Source of the DNA: Convolutriloba macropyga
Taxonomy: Eukaryota
Length of the DNA stretch: 64,000 bases
Direction of reading: 5' to 3'
NCBI RefSeq assembly: GCF_964194025.1
Contig: NC_134470.1
Location: forward strand, 20,708,001 to 20,772,000
A program made the position numbers and the translations under genes. The notes under the pieces are model-generated. The model made no database searches, was not told the DNA's origin, and saw nothing but the letters and a program-made list of their open reading frames with translations. Of the stretch, positions 11,023 to 24,123 are shown piece by piece (position 1 is the first letter of the stretch; the number at the start of each line of letters is the position of its first letter).

Positions 11023-13565
11023 AACATAGACGGCAGACTACCGGAATAGCTGCGAAATAAATAGACTTGCGTGTCCTATAAGTGATAGAGACAGATACAG
11101 ATATAAGCCGAAAAGTTATCGACGCCCCCTCATAAGTAAAAACATTCAGCGATAAACTAAGAGTTTGTTAATATTCAATCCGCAGAAATCTTTTAATTAG
11201 GGACCTTTATTGCACATATGAGTTCCTTTGACTAGTTCCTTAAACTAATTCAAATTAAACTTAGGCTTTAAAGTGCAAAAGTCATTTTATTGAGTGAGGT
11301 ATGAGGTATTGAGTGAGGTATTGAGTGAGGTCACGTATGATTAAAATTTTATCAGGCAAATAAATATCCTAAAAACTTTGGCTGAAAACAGTGAAAAATG
11401 ACGTCATGCGCACGCGCACAAATACCGTTAGAGAGGGGAGGAAATCATTTGGTGAATTTGACTTTTTCAGCTTGGCTGTGTGAGCAAATGTAAAATGAAA
11501 AAAGAGCGTCAGACGGCGAAACAATAAAACATAGCACGTCAAGTCCTGACCTACAATTCAAAGAATTTTCATTGGCTCAGAAAAAACCTACACCTAGAAA
11601 GAACTATAAATGGCTCCGGAAAACCATTTAAAAATAATCCTATAAAAAAATTGAAAAACAGAAATAATCAATGTCAAAATGCCGCATGTGAACAAAAAAC
11701 CAGAAATCAGAAAGCAAATTTTTTTCAACACCGTTTCCTTACTCTACTTTAAAATTAGAGCACCGAATTTTACGCCGCAAAACCACTCGCTTTTTCGCTC
11801 CATTTCCTGTTTCGGCGTGACCAAAATCACTACTCCAAATTGACTTCAAAAATGATGAAAATGTGTGAACAGATCTTAAAAACATAGCCGGAAGAATTCC
11901 GGAAATGACTCGAAGTGGAAATCCATTTCAACGCCATCCAACTTCTCATCAGAAAAAAACGTGACTCCACTAAATTATGATTATCTTGAATCAAAACAAA
12001 ACAAAAAAGAAAACAAAAATCAAATCTTGAAAATTGATAAAAAATCTGATCAAATTTTGTTGTAAATTGAGATCCCCAAAATAACTATCTCCGACAAAAT
12101 TACTTCATCAAGGCAATTATTACGTACTAAAACCACTTATGAAATCTTTGAAAATACTTGAGGCCAAATTATGAAATAACAACTTACAATAAAAAACTGG
12201 AAAAAGTTAATAAATTTTTTAATATTACAAAAGCATAAAAATCCAAAGAAAAATTCCTTTTAGCCAAAAAGGTTTTCAGTTGGTCGCAAAATAATCAGCA
12301 AGTCATAATACATTAACAAACTTGTCTAAAAACAGAAAAAAAAACGAAAAACTGCAAAAAATTGAGAAAAATAGTCCCGATTTTTGCCATTTTTTTTGTC
12401 ATATTTCTCAACAAAAAATAATTGAAATCCACAAAAGTGCACCCAATTGTTATAAAAAACTCGCTCAAGTAAAGGGAGGTCTTTTCAATACCCATTTGAG
12501 CCAGTAAAACAAAACTATCGTTAAAAAATCGCAAAAACTAGCCCAAAAATCAGCGAAATACATGAAAAACCTCCGAATTAGCATAAATTTCGTACGAATT
12601 TCCAGAAACCTTCAAACCACTACCAAAACCAGCCTAAAATTGAAAACATACCCGGCAGATTGCCGGAAAATAGCCGCCGTTGATTCCAATAAGCATTATT
12701 GGGATTGAAAAAACAGAAGATATTGAAAAAAAAAAAAGATTTTTGTACAAAAACATTTTTTTAAGTCCGATTTATTTTGATGGCATTTCGTAGTTGAACA
12801 TACTTCTGTTTCTTAGAGAGAGGCTACAGGGGCTACTATCAATAACAATAAGCATTAGAGAGAGGTTACTAATACTTATAGGACCGACGTTCAAATAGCG
12901 GGCATCTAAAATTGGGCTTTATCCCAATTATTTCTGACTTCAATTTTTTATACTGACTCTGTTCATTTTGAATTGCTTTGCTGAGCAACTGATGTTCAAA
13001 ATCACTTTTAGCAGAAGGAGAGAAGAGAGAAACTAGCCTAGAGAGTCAAAAAGATTTCACGCAAAATGTTGAAAAGGCGGCAAAATGAGGTAAAGCGAAA
13101 CATTTTTTTATTCGACGAAGTAAAAAAAAAAAAAATAGGAGCGCTATAATAGCCGGCTGAGAAGATGAGGGCGGCTATTAACAAAACCACAACCAAATCT
13201 CTTAACCAAAAAAATTAAAAAAAACTGCTTTAAAATGCCGCACGTGAACAAAAAATTTCGCTTGCTTACAGAATTTTTTTTCACACCTCAATTTCTCGCT
13301 CTCTAGAAAACAGCGATATGAACAAAAACCACTCTCTTTTCGCTCCGCTCTTCACTTTTGTTCAGCACCAAAATCACTCCAATTTTTTTCACGTGTTTCA
13401 TTTCCCGCTTCAAAATTCACTCCATTATATTTGATTCAAAAAAAGGACTTCTCCAATACTCCTCTTCGAGTCGTAAAAAAGACAGCGCCCCCAATACAAT
13501 TCAAATTCTTTGAATTGTAAAAAAATAGGAGCGCTATAATAGCCGGCTGATGAGGGCGGCTATTA
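11023..13565 (-). mobile_element. Chimeric HINE (old-subfamily left part fused to young-subfamily right part) with a nested insertion
   Basis: Matches 5201-~5715 and then jumps to ~6640-7890 inside the shared internal module, consistent with a ~925-bp recombinational deletion. Confidence 0.7.
12644..13180 (-). mobile_element. Short (~537 bp) HINE inserted into another HINE
   Basis: Both termini are intact (AAACATACCCGGCAGATTGCCGGAAAATAGCCGCC ... GGCGGCTATTA). Absent from the paralogous site TTGAAACAAAA at 7501-7511. Confidence 0.85.
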
Positions 13566-13755
13566 ATAAAGCTTTCTAAATTTTCAGTGCTACTTACTAG
13601 GTACTCATCGTTTTGACGAAACCAATCAAAACGATCTTTTGTGACGAAATTCGAACAAGATTTATTTTCTCGGAACTGCGAACTTTTAGGAAATTCAAGA
13701 AACATTAAATATTTATTTTCATGTTTATCACAAGTAAGCAAGAGATGTAACTTAC

Positions 13756-13893
13756 TGTGGGAGAACTTCCTGCCATCATATTTTGGTTCCTCTGGGAATT
13801 AGATGCTGATTTGATTCCAGACGAACCCACAGTTGCACTCATTGAGTCTTGCTCATTTTTCATTTCTCCACTCTTCATAGGTTGAAGCAAGCC
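13756..13893 (-). CDS. AFTPH: Aftiphilin-like protein, coding exon 3 (GLLQPMK...SSPT, 138 nt, phase 0-0)
   Basis: TTTTAG acceptor and GTAAGT donor; in frame with the previous exon. GLLQP resembles the aftiphilin G(M/L)LEP segment. Confidence 0.8.
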
Positions 13894-16097
13894 CTAAAAA
13901 GTTCCTTCAAAGCAGACACATACAATGGGAAGACTTAAATTAGGCTGAACCTGTTTTACATGTTGTTAAGATTAATGTTCAAAAATTACATTATCAAGAA
14001 TTGCACTGAAAAAGCCACAAAACGAATCGCAGTCAACTAGTAGTTGACGTGCCTCGACTTGGTAACCTTATGTTTAATCATGATACAGCCTCATGCAGTC
14101 TTAGAACACATTCATACAAAATATTGACATGTACTATAACGGAACACGGTCGTGAATATGGTAGTAAACATAAGGGAGTTAACATATGGTACTTAAAGAA
14201 ATAAAAATCTTCTCAATCAATGGCTAACAGGCAAAGTCAATTCCAATAGCAGCAGGACTGTAACGCAGATTTTAACGCAGACTGTAACGCTTTTATGTAA
14301 TAGAATAAGAAATAATTTGGTATTCGAATTCATCATAATTTTACTAACCAATTGAGCTGCGTACTTTGGCAAGTTTTGCTTCACCGTGGACAGCTGAAAC
14401 ATACAGCAGTTAGCAGCACGGTGACCCAATGAAACAACAACTATATTGCTATATCAAAATATCTCATTTGAGAATCTCTCAGCGCGTGCCACCAACACCC
14501 AGTTATTTCACTTTTGACTGAGCAATATCTTCGGCACGCAACGTTTTCTAACAACATATAAATGGAAAAAATGAGGCAAACATACAGCAGCTTTTTCGCA
14601 GATATTTGATGTTTTGGAAATCATAAACTTACTCGACTGAAATCTGTAGTATCCGTTGAGTAAGTTTCGCTTTAATTATATCCACACCAAAGAAGGTATT
14701 ATAGCCTTTTACCAACCACTTAAATGATTTTAAGTGCACTAAGTTTAGAGCACTTTAGACTTAGGGTGGGGGTTCAAACTCCAGGAACCATCTGTCACAA
14801 CACGAAATTGTGTCTCTTCAACAGTTTCGCTGAATCACAAATGTACTAGCAATACATAATGCCCTAAAAGCTGTTCCGTCACTTTTTGCCCTCCGGGCTT
14901 TACCTGTTCATCGCGTTTTTGAGGACGAAAAGTTTAAAGCGTCAGACACAAGATAAGAGTATGGTTCTGGTAAGCCTTAGACAATTAGAGCTCAAAGCCT
15001 GGGTCGCTTGCGCCCCAGGTTGAGCTCAAATAGCCGAAGGCTTCCTAGAACTATACTATAACTTGGTTATACCTCAATATCGCTGTTCAAAACTCAGAGA
15101 ATAATTGAAATTTATAGTTACATTGCAATTTCACATAATTCGAAAGAAATTTTTATTGTTTTTCTATTTCTAGTTCTTTACTCTCTGCCTGCTCACTCAT
15201 CAAACAAAACGAGTTCTCGTTCCAAATTGCAATCAATTCGCATCCAATTCTGGCATCCAATTTTTCGATAACTCTTTATTAAGAATTTTTGACGTTTCAT
15301 CTTCAATAATTGTTTTTAAATAATCTCCAATAATCGTTTGATATCATCGTACGAGCAAAGGATCGCAGAAGTTGTCAGCAGGCACTATTGTGGCACTCTC
15401 AAAAATACTCTTTATGGTATAAAAAAATGAGCAAAATATGAAATTATTTCTTTTCATTGAATCAATTTTAGACCTTATCAAAAATCTTGTTGCAAAAAGT
15501 TATCTTTCAAAAGCAAATTCCTTTTTCTCGGGAAAAATGGTCGTCCAAGAAAAAATGCTTCCAAGAAATTTTTCCAAGAAGTTTACTCAGTTGATTGCTC
15601 ATTTTTTTACCATTTTGACAGCTTGATTTCAACGAGACAGCGAAATAATGACTTCTTGCTTGATCAGCTTTCCAAATTGGTGATTAAGTCTACCTTCATT
15701 GTTGATTTTTATGAACAGCGAAATTGAGGTCTAAATCGGGCAGGCGAGAAATTGCATTTAAAGCGAGACTAATATAACTGCTAGAAAATTAGTTTGAGAG
15801 CACTTCGTTACGTGAAAAACATTCAAGCAGCATCTCATGTACAACACAAAATGTGATAAACATATCAACAGTAGAGAAATATTTTTTCTGAAAAAACCAC
15901 AAGTTAGGCAACAAAATACGTAAAAAGAACGTAAGCGACAACAGTGATATATTTAGAGCCAAAATCATATTTAAATTTAATCAATTTTATCACGAAACCG
16001 AACTTTCTTTTGCATTTTGATTTACCAACTAGAAGTCGGTTATGAATCACCAAGTTATTTATACTCAATGACCGAACTTGAAAAATTAGACACTCAC

Positions 16098-16227
16098 AGT
16101 GTTGTTGACATCGACTCCCAGACTGGATAGGAGCTGTGAATTGAGGATGCAATTGGGTACATCCAGTACCAGACTGGCACTATTCGACAAGTCAGCCAAC
16201 AAAGTCCACATTGACTCCACTTCCTCA
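16098..16227 (-). CDS. AFTPH: Aftiphilin-like protein, coding exon 2 (clathrin-binding-box region; EEVESMWTLLADL...QLLSSLGVDVNNT)
   Basis: TTTTAG acceptor and GTGAGT donor. The phase-2 join AA|T keeps frame with exon 1. LLSSLGVD matches the conserved aftiphilin LLSSLGID motif. Not in the ORF track in this frame. Confidence 0.85.
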
Positions 16228-16399
16228 CTAAAACACATGGTTTCAATATTACACACTGCTCAATGTAGGTATTATTGCCTGAATTTAGCGAGTACTGAAC
16301 TAATTTTTCGAAATATGCAACGACACATCAAATTATCGGGGGAAAAGAATCGGATTGGTCAAAATTTTCCAAATTATCCGCACCGTTAAGGTTTAGAGT

Positions 16400-16745
16400 G
16401 GTACAGGACTTTTTAGCACACAACGGAATTACATTTCTGGGACGAAAATGGATTACTATCCCCAAGGACAAGGCAATTCCTACCATCAAATCAACTCACT
16501 TAAATGCAATATAACGACAACTGGCGCATCTGAATCAGGAGAAGGTTTTAGAAAACAATATTGATCGATTGAATGTATGGGCAATCATGGGTCAGCGGAA
16601 CTAATGAGGAAATTTTTTGAAACCAATTTTGAAGGCCTAAAAATTGCTTTCAAAGTGGGGGAACAGTTGGATATTAAATCAGCAATCAGGAACTTTCCAC
16701 GGCGTTTAATTGAAGTTGCGGAGGCTGAAGGAGGAACAATCAAGA
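16400..16745 (+). mobile_element. Decayed Tc1/mariner transposase C-terminal relic
   Basis: LNVWAIM and, in another frame, KSAIRNFPRRLIEVAEAEGG resemble the Tc1 IENxW and SMPxRxxxVIxAxGG C-terminal motifs; frameshifted. Confidence 0.55.
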
Positions 16746-19299
16746 ACTGCAAACAAATAAATTTTTCAATTCTTTTAAAAGGGATAATTACTCGCTTGAC
16801 AAATTATTGGCATAAATTCGACACCCATAAAAAAACTAGAGACAGAAAACGAAAAAACAAAGCTGAATTATCAGAACTCAGCTTAAAACCCAGTCTATTG
16901 ATACTAAAAGCTTTCTGCCAGTTGTATACTCTTAAAAAATTTGTTTCTTTATATAAGCTAATTTACGATTGTTCACACACAGAGCAAATTGGAGCTCATT
17001 ACCGATAGTAAAAACAAAAACGCTAACAAGAAACGAAGTTGCACTCAGATAATTATATAAAACCTTATAGAATTATGCTTCTGTTTTCTTACTACTATTG
17101 GCAAACTACGTTTACATTTGAGATCAAATGAGTAAAAAATACCCGTGGATGTAATTTCTTTCACACCTCTCCAGTACCATCTGATGGATTCTCTATCACT
17201 TTTCGATCGCATTCAAAAAATAATAAAATTAGACAAGCTAAATTTCAAAGGAAAATACTACCGGTATTTTATTTCTGAGTACATTTACCAACTTTGTATT
17301 CTAGTAACTAGTTTTTACTATATTAATGCATTTTAAAAGCGGTCACCTTAGGAAGCGCGTTGACAAATTGGCGTTTCATCATTAAAAATTTGATAACATT
17401 TAACATTCTGGGGTTTTCAACAAAATTTACGAAACTACTTTCCACCGCTTTCCTTTTTCATTAAAAGTATTATCAAATTTGAGATAACACGCCGATAACA
17501 ACGTCTCCCACTTTTGAACTTGAGCACTTTCAAGAACAAGGAGGCTGGAAATGTGCATTCGCACATAATATTTTGAGTCCGCACAAACACGTTTTTGACT
17601 TGATTGTCCACCAAATGCCGAACAGATAGAAAAACATTCCAAAAATCGCTTATTGTTCGAAAATAACAGATGTACCCATTTTAAAAATCGCTTTGAGCTC
17701 AAACCACTACACAAATGAAACAGAACACATTAGAGGGCCAATGATACCTGTCATAAAGGAGATTATGAGACAAGACAAATAAAAAATAAATAAAATCAAA
17801 TCATTACTTGCGACCAAAACTCATTGTCTATTTTTTTAAAATTAATGAAATTACTGAAATCGGTCAATGGCTTGATTTATAACTTCAAACAAAATCATTG
17901 ACACCTGTCAGTACCCAGAATGTCATAAGACTACAAAAAACATATGAAGGCAAAAATCAAAAGGTCAATTCAATTTTGCGAGGAAACGGTGTCGAAGCCT
18001 ATAAAATCACATTCTTCTCACTAAAAATGCTCAATTATTCAATTGCGCCTTCCTTCAACGCCAATTAATGTGATATACAACTTGTCCTTAAAGGGCTATT
18101 AATGTGATGCTCAGAGAAGACAGCAAAAAGAACATCAAAAATTGGAAATTGTCAAGAAATTTGCAAAAACAGTTTTGAAAACTAAAAGCTGGCAGAAATA
18201 AGAATGAGATTGGCCAAATTAAAAAACCACTATTCTCTTCAAAATTTTCTTAAAACGGTAAGACATAACAACCGCCAGATTTTAATAAAAAAGGTAAATA
18301 GAAAAACTTTTTACTGCTTAGGATGCCAATTGGATATGTTACTGAGAGTAAGTCAACGGACTACAAAAAACGAAGGCAAGCAGAACTCAAAATCAAACAA
18401 TTTTACTCAAACGGCGTTGAAGCCAAAAACATGCTTTTCGCTGGTATTATCATGTATGATTCTTCATTTGCACTCAAATCTGGCGTGTCAATAATTGAGG
18501 TTCGATTTTAATTCATTCTGGTCTGTAACAAGCATAAAAATAAAGGCAACGTAATTTCAAAATATACAGCGCCATCACAATCTGAATAAATTTCATAAAT
18601 GGTCCAAAAAGGTTACTGCTTTTGCTCCTCAATTTAACTCAAAAATGCTCCAAATGTTACCAAAATTGCTAATTTGAGGTAAAGTCAATATATCAAAAGG
18701 ATGCATTTTGGGTACTTATCGATATATATTACCAAAAATCCAATAGCAGTAGAAACTTTCTTTAATTGCCCCCTCGATACCAAATATCCATTAGATTAAC
18801 TAGACCCTGTCATACGACTTAAAAAAGAACATTAAATGCTGACTAAACTCAACAACTCATTAAAAATTTAGGAAAAAGTTTGTTGGAGCCATAAAATCAA
18901 CGAGCTTTATTAAAAACACATTTTCATTCATTGAACTCTTGTACGAAAACTACTTTAAAAAGGACAGACCCAAAAAAACAGTCTGAATCCTTCTTCCCTG
19001 CAAAAAACGGTGAGACCAGAACTTGCGTTGTTATCGTTGCCCGACTGTTAAAAATGCAATTGTTCTGAAACATTGCGTAACAGTGTTTTTGCAAATGAAA
19101 ATCATAAGATTAAAAATTATGCATTATAATATTTCCCGAAAACTTTCTGGGGAACCGGAGGTACAAAATGCCCGTATCTAAGTTAACAAAGATTGTGTCA
19201 GCGGATTTTATATCTGCACTACCAATCAAACCGGACAAAGTTGGCCAAATAGGCATATTTGATGCCAATTTTAATGAAAAAAAGGAAAGCAGAAATTTC

Positions 19300-19683
19300 A
19301 AAGTTTAGCTGGAAACTTAGCCAAAACAGTTGGTTCAAACAATCCACCAACTCTCTTCTATCTTCAAAGGTATAACCAATTAGACCATCGTGAACAATTT
19401 TTTCACATTTTAGCAACTGATTAAAATTTAAGCGAAAATTACGAGAAATGTGGACAAAACAACAGAAGTTCGGCTAACGTTCACAAGACTTTGAACTTCC
19501 GTAACTCCTCGAAAAAGGGCAATTCAACAACTCTTTAATTGAAATTATACATTAGACAAACTTTCTAATGATACAATTCACCACCCCATACGATGAATAT
19601 ATCGATCGGTGAAAACTTACTGACAAAAAAAAACCCAGTTGAGTATATAGTTCCTCCCCCAATAAAGTGGGTCGAAACAATAA
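19300..19683 (-). repeat. Diverged inverted copy of the 4017-4430 repeat
   Basis: By-eye alignment as described for 4017-4430. Confidence 0.55.
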
Positions 19684-20336
19684 GAGAATTGCAGAACTTA
19701 ATTATTGCTAATTTTTGCAGCAGTTAAGCAATCAAAGAGCGTACATCACATTTTCTAAGTCTTTAATTCGATACTAATGATCGTTTGAAATAAATTACAT
19801 GGAAGTTGAAAAATACCTTGCAAGTTAATGAATATAAAATAATAGCAGCAAATAAACACCTTACATAAGTAATAACGTACGGTAGTGTCGAGATTCAACA
19901 GAATAGATCATCAATTGCGATTTGATTAGTTTTTTGGTACGCACGTCAAAAAATTACAAGATAATGGATTTTTTCAGAGTAAATCAAAGACTTCATTATA
20001 TTTCCGAAAATATTTACACATTTACACACACTTAGCCGCCGTTCTTTAGAAAATCTTAATTCTTCCTTGTATTAGGTAATCCGTGGTCCATTTATCGGGC
20101 TCTCAATTTACACACATTTTGAAAGCTTCAAAGTCTTGAGCTGTTTTCTTGAAAAATACTCTGCCGTTCGTTAAATTATACTTATCCTCCTTCTTGCCAG
20201 CTAACACATCAAAATTTTAGATAAAGATTTTTCGAGCTTTTGGAGTTCTGAAGGCTGTTTGAGGTACAGTTTGAAATTTCTTCGCAATGCACAGAACAGT
20301 GCTAACTTGTTTTCAATAATCAAATAGAACACTTTC

Positions 20337-22133
20337 AAACTTACCCGGCAGATTGCCGAAAAATAGCCGCCGTTGATTCCCATAACCAAGATTGGGATTC
20401 AAAGTAGAGAAAAAACTAGTGAAAAAAAAAATTTCGTACAAAAAATGCTAAAGTGCAAACCAGTTTGATCTGATTTTGGAGCTGAACATACTCATGTTTC
20501 GTAGTAAGACGACACAGGGCCTAGTATCCATACCAATAAGCATTAAAGATGGTAACTGAACAAAATTCGAGTGACGGGCATCTAAAATCCGGCTTTATGG
20601 GTTTATCCAGTTTCTATTTGATTTCATTTTTTAATACTGACTCTGTTCATTTTGAATTGCTTTGCTGAGCAACTGCTGTTTAAAAACACTTTGAGCACAA
20701 TAAGAGAAGAGTGAAACAAGCCTAGAGAAGTCAAAAAGATTTCAAGCAAAATGTTGAACAAGCTGTGAACTAATGTGTAAACTAAGGTAGAAAAAAAGTG
20801 AAAATCAGAGTGAAATTGCCGCATGTGAACAAAATAACCACTAGCCAGAAAGCGAATTTTTGTTCAAACACCTTTTCTCACTCAACTTTTGAATTAGAGT
20901 GAAAAAATGTCACGCCGCAAATTTACTCGCTTTTTCGCTCTACTTCCTGTTTCGTTGTGACCAAAATCACTACTCCAATTTGACTTCAAAAATTATGAAA
21001 ATGTCTGAACAGATCTTAAAAAAAACATAGCCGAAAGAATTCCGGAAACGACTCGAAGAGGAGATCCACTTAAACAAAACCATAAAACAAAAAAAGTGAA
21101 AACAAGAAAATCACATCTGTTAAATATGATTAAAAAAAACTGATCAAATTTTGTCATAAATTGAGATCCCGAAATAACTATCTCTGCCAAAACTACTTTA
21201 TCAAAACAACTAGTACATACTAAAACCACTTATGGGAATTTCTTAAAAATACTTGGAGCCAAATCATGAAAAAAGATAAGCTCTTACAAACAACTTGGAC
21301 TAAAAAAAAGGAAAAAGTTAATAAAATTTTAAATATTAACACAGCACACAAATCCAAAGAAAAATTCCTTTCAGCCAACAGGGTATACAGATGCTCGCTA
21401 AACAATAGGCAAATCATAATAGGCTAAGAAACTTGTCTAGTAAACAGAAAAAAAACGAAAAACTGCAAAAAAATAGTTTCAATTTTCGCCTTTTTTGTCT
21501 TATTTCTCAACAAAAGAGTGCTTCATATCCACAAAACTGAGACCACTTGTTATCTAAAAATTGATTAAGTAATAGGGGTCATTTCAATACCCATTTGAGT
21601 CAGTAAAACAAAAAAAAATCGTCAAAATAGCAAAAATTAGCCCAAAAATCATCAAAATAAATGAAAAACCTCCGAATTAAGAGAAAACTCATATGAATTT
21701 CCAGAAACCTTCAAACCACTACCAAAACCAGCCTAAAATCAAATCAAGATCATAAACAATCCTCTTAAACAAAAAATTGAAAAAAACGCAATTTTATAAA
21801 ATGCCGCACGTGAACAAAAATTTTCGCTTGCTTACAGAATTTATTTATTCACACCTCAATTTCTCACCCTCTAGAAAACAGCGATATTAACAAGAACCCA
21901 CTCTCTTTTCGCTGCAGTCTTCATTTTGTTCAGCAACAAAATCACTCCAAATTTTTCCACGTGGTTCATTTCCTGCTTCAAATTTCACACTCCAATAAAA
22001 TTAATTTAAAAAATGAGTTTTCCGATACTCCTCTTTGAGCCAAATACAGCGCCCCAATACAATTCAAATTATTTGAATTGTTAAAAAAATAGGAGCGCTA
22101 TAATAGCCGACCGAGAAGCTGAGGCGGCTATTA
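20337..22133 (-). mobile_element. Helentron/DINE-like (HINE) element in the intron after aftiphilin coding exon 1
   Basis: AAACTTACCCGGCAGATTGCCG plus AATAGCCGCC at the left end; TAATAGCCG...GGCGGCTATTA at the right end. Colinear with 5918-7890. Confidence 0.8.
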
Positions 22134-22159
22134 ATTAACTAGAAAAAGATATCACTAAC

Positions 22160-24123
22160 TTGAGTTCTTTCGATACGTCAGAAGCGATGGACATTGAGAC
22201 AAAAAAGTCCTGTATTAACAGTGGATCTTCAGTCACAACTTCCTCATTCGCCACATCTTGTTCAGTTCTGCAATCAACGTCAGCAAGCATTTCTGATATG
22301 CTATGGAACCCACGAAAAACTTCTGGCATAGGGCTAGCTCTATTCCAGCCAACTGGCTCGGTTGAATGTCTGGCATCGTTAACTCTTTCTGGAAAATCGT
22401 TTGAATGGTTGAAATTCGGTCCTATTCCTTCGTGGACGTTTCCAACGTGATCTGCGAAGTCCATAGACTGTTGCTCTGAAAATGCTTCAAAATCGTCAAA
22501 ATCATCCTCGTTTCCTTGATCATGAGAAGGAAATTGAGAGAAGGGATCCCCATTGCCTTTTTGTGGACTTTCTGAATTTGAATAGGAAACTTCTTGGTCT
22601 TGTTGCACAGATTGACCAAAAGTATCAAAGTTTGCAAAATCTGCAAAACCTGTATCATCATCAAATTCATGGTTGTTTTGCGCTGCATCTTCAGTCCCAA
22701 AAAACGCCCAATTACTCTCGGATTCTAGTGCGTCTGAAATAACTCGTTCTTGACTGTTCACATGTGCCTTGCTATTTTCATCCACATCTAATTTATTGGT
22801 CTGCAAATTGGATTCTAACTCAATGCTCTGGCCTTCCAAATTTGCTTGATCAAATTGTGAAAATTTTGTCCCATCGAAATGGTCAGAATGTCTTGATTGT
22901 TCTATGGTTGGTGCAGTGCTTTTGTCTTTCTTTAAACTGTCAGACGGATCATTGTCATGAAACCTTTCCTCAGGTGTAGTTTCTCTAAACGTTTTAACTC
23001 CCACAGCCTGATCTCCGCTCGGCGGAACATCGTCATCATTTTCAAAATGACCATGAGGTATGTTTTCCTCATTTCTATCCAAATGGCTATCCATACTTTG
23101 TTTGTATTGATCAAAATCACAACTTTTACTTTCTGACACAGAAACTTGAGGTTGAATTTGAATAAAATTTTCTGATGAATCGGAAGACTTTTCGGTACTT
23201 TCAGCCCTCTCGTTGCTTTGGAGGTCATTGTGATTGCAATTCAAAGCCAATGCCCCAAAGTCTGCCCAATCACTTTTTTGTTCATTTGTATCTTCGATAT
23301 CTGCACCATAGTTGCCCTGTTCAAACGCTGTATAACCACTATTAGATTTTTCTGATTTTTCACAACTTCCTTTAGTACAGTGATTAGACTCCCCTAATGG
23401 CGTGTCGCTGCAATTAACGTTACTTAATTCATTGTTATGCGGCTCGGAATAAGGTATTTCCACATCGCAAGACTGCACTGATTCAATTTGGGCATTGATG
23501 TTAGCTTCTTCGAAACCTGAAAAGTCAGCGAAATCATCGCCAGAAGCAGCGCGTTCACCTGAATCAAAACGATCCGCCGTATCTGGACAGCTCAACTTTT
23601 CGTGGTTGTCACTATCATACTCACCTTGTTGCACTGACGTCATGTTTGGGTTTTCAGTTTCTGTTTTTGCTTTATTAGTTGAAGCTTCAAAAGGTTTATC
23701 CGCAACGAGAGAGGTTGAATTGTGATCTACAAAATTATCAAAGTCTGCAAAATCATCGTCATCATTTACAGCACCATCCATATTTTGAGGAATTGTCTGA
23801 GGGGTTATCGCATCTTTCGTTATTTCCAGATCAGCGGAACTTATACTTGGTACATTTAAATTTTTTGAGAATGGGTCCCAACTACTTCCACCCTGTTTTG
23901 ATTGTAAATTAGGTTGAACATGCGCATTTTCAGAGCATGGGTTACTGTTATCGTCGAATGTTAGAGCATCCTGTTTCTCGTTAAAAGGGTTCTGCTCTTT
24001 GGAATCATTTTGAGGTTCTACGATATCTGAGGCAGTGTCTGAATGCTGTGAAGGGAAAAGATTATGATGGGCGTTGGTCGCGCTCAGAGTTTCAACTGCT
24101 ATGTCTCCGCCATCACTAGACAT
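22160..24123 (-). CDS. AFTPH: Aftiphilin-like protein, large coding exon 1 (disordered acidic region)
   Basis: ~654-codon acidic low-complexity ORF with repeated adaptor-ear-binding motifs (DDFADF, DFADFSGF, WADF, WAFF, FADFANF, DDFDDF, WDPF, NPF). Donor AA|GTTAGT at 22159. In-frame TGA just upstream of the ATG. Confidence 0.85.

Larger units (their letters stand above)
10248..15968. repeat. Tandem segmental duplication, copy B
   Basis: Begins ATGGTTTCAGAATTAGGCTC as at 5107 and ends ...CCAAAATCAT as at 10240-10249. The head-to-tail junction shares a 2-bp AT microhomology. Confidence 0.93.
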
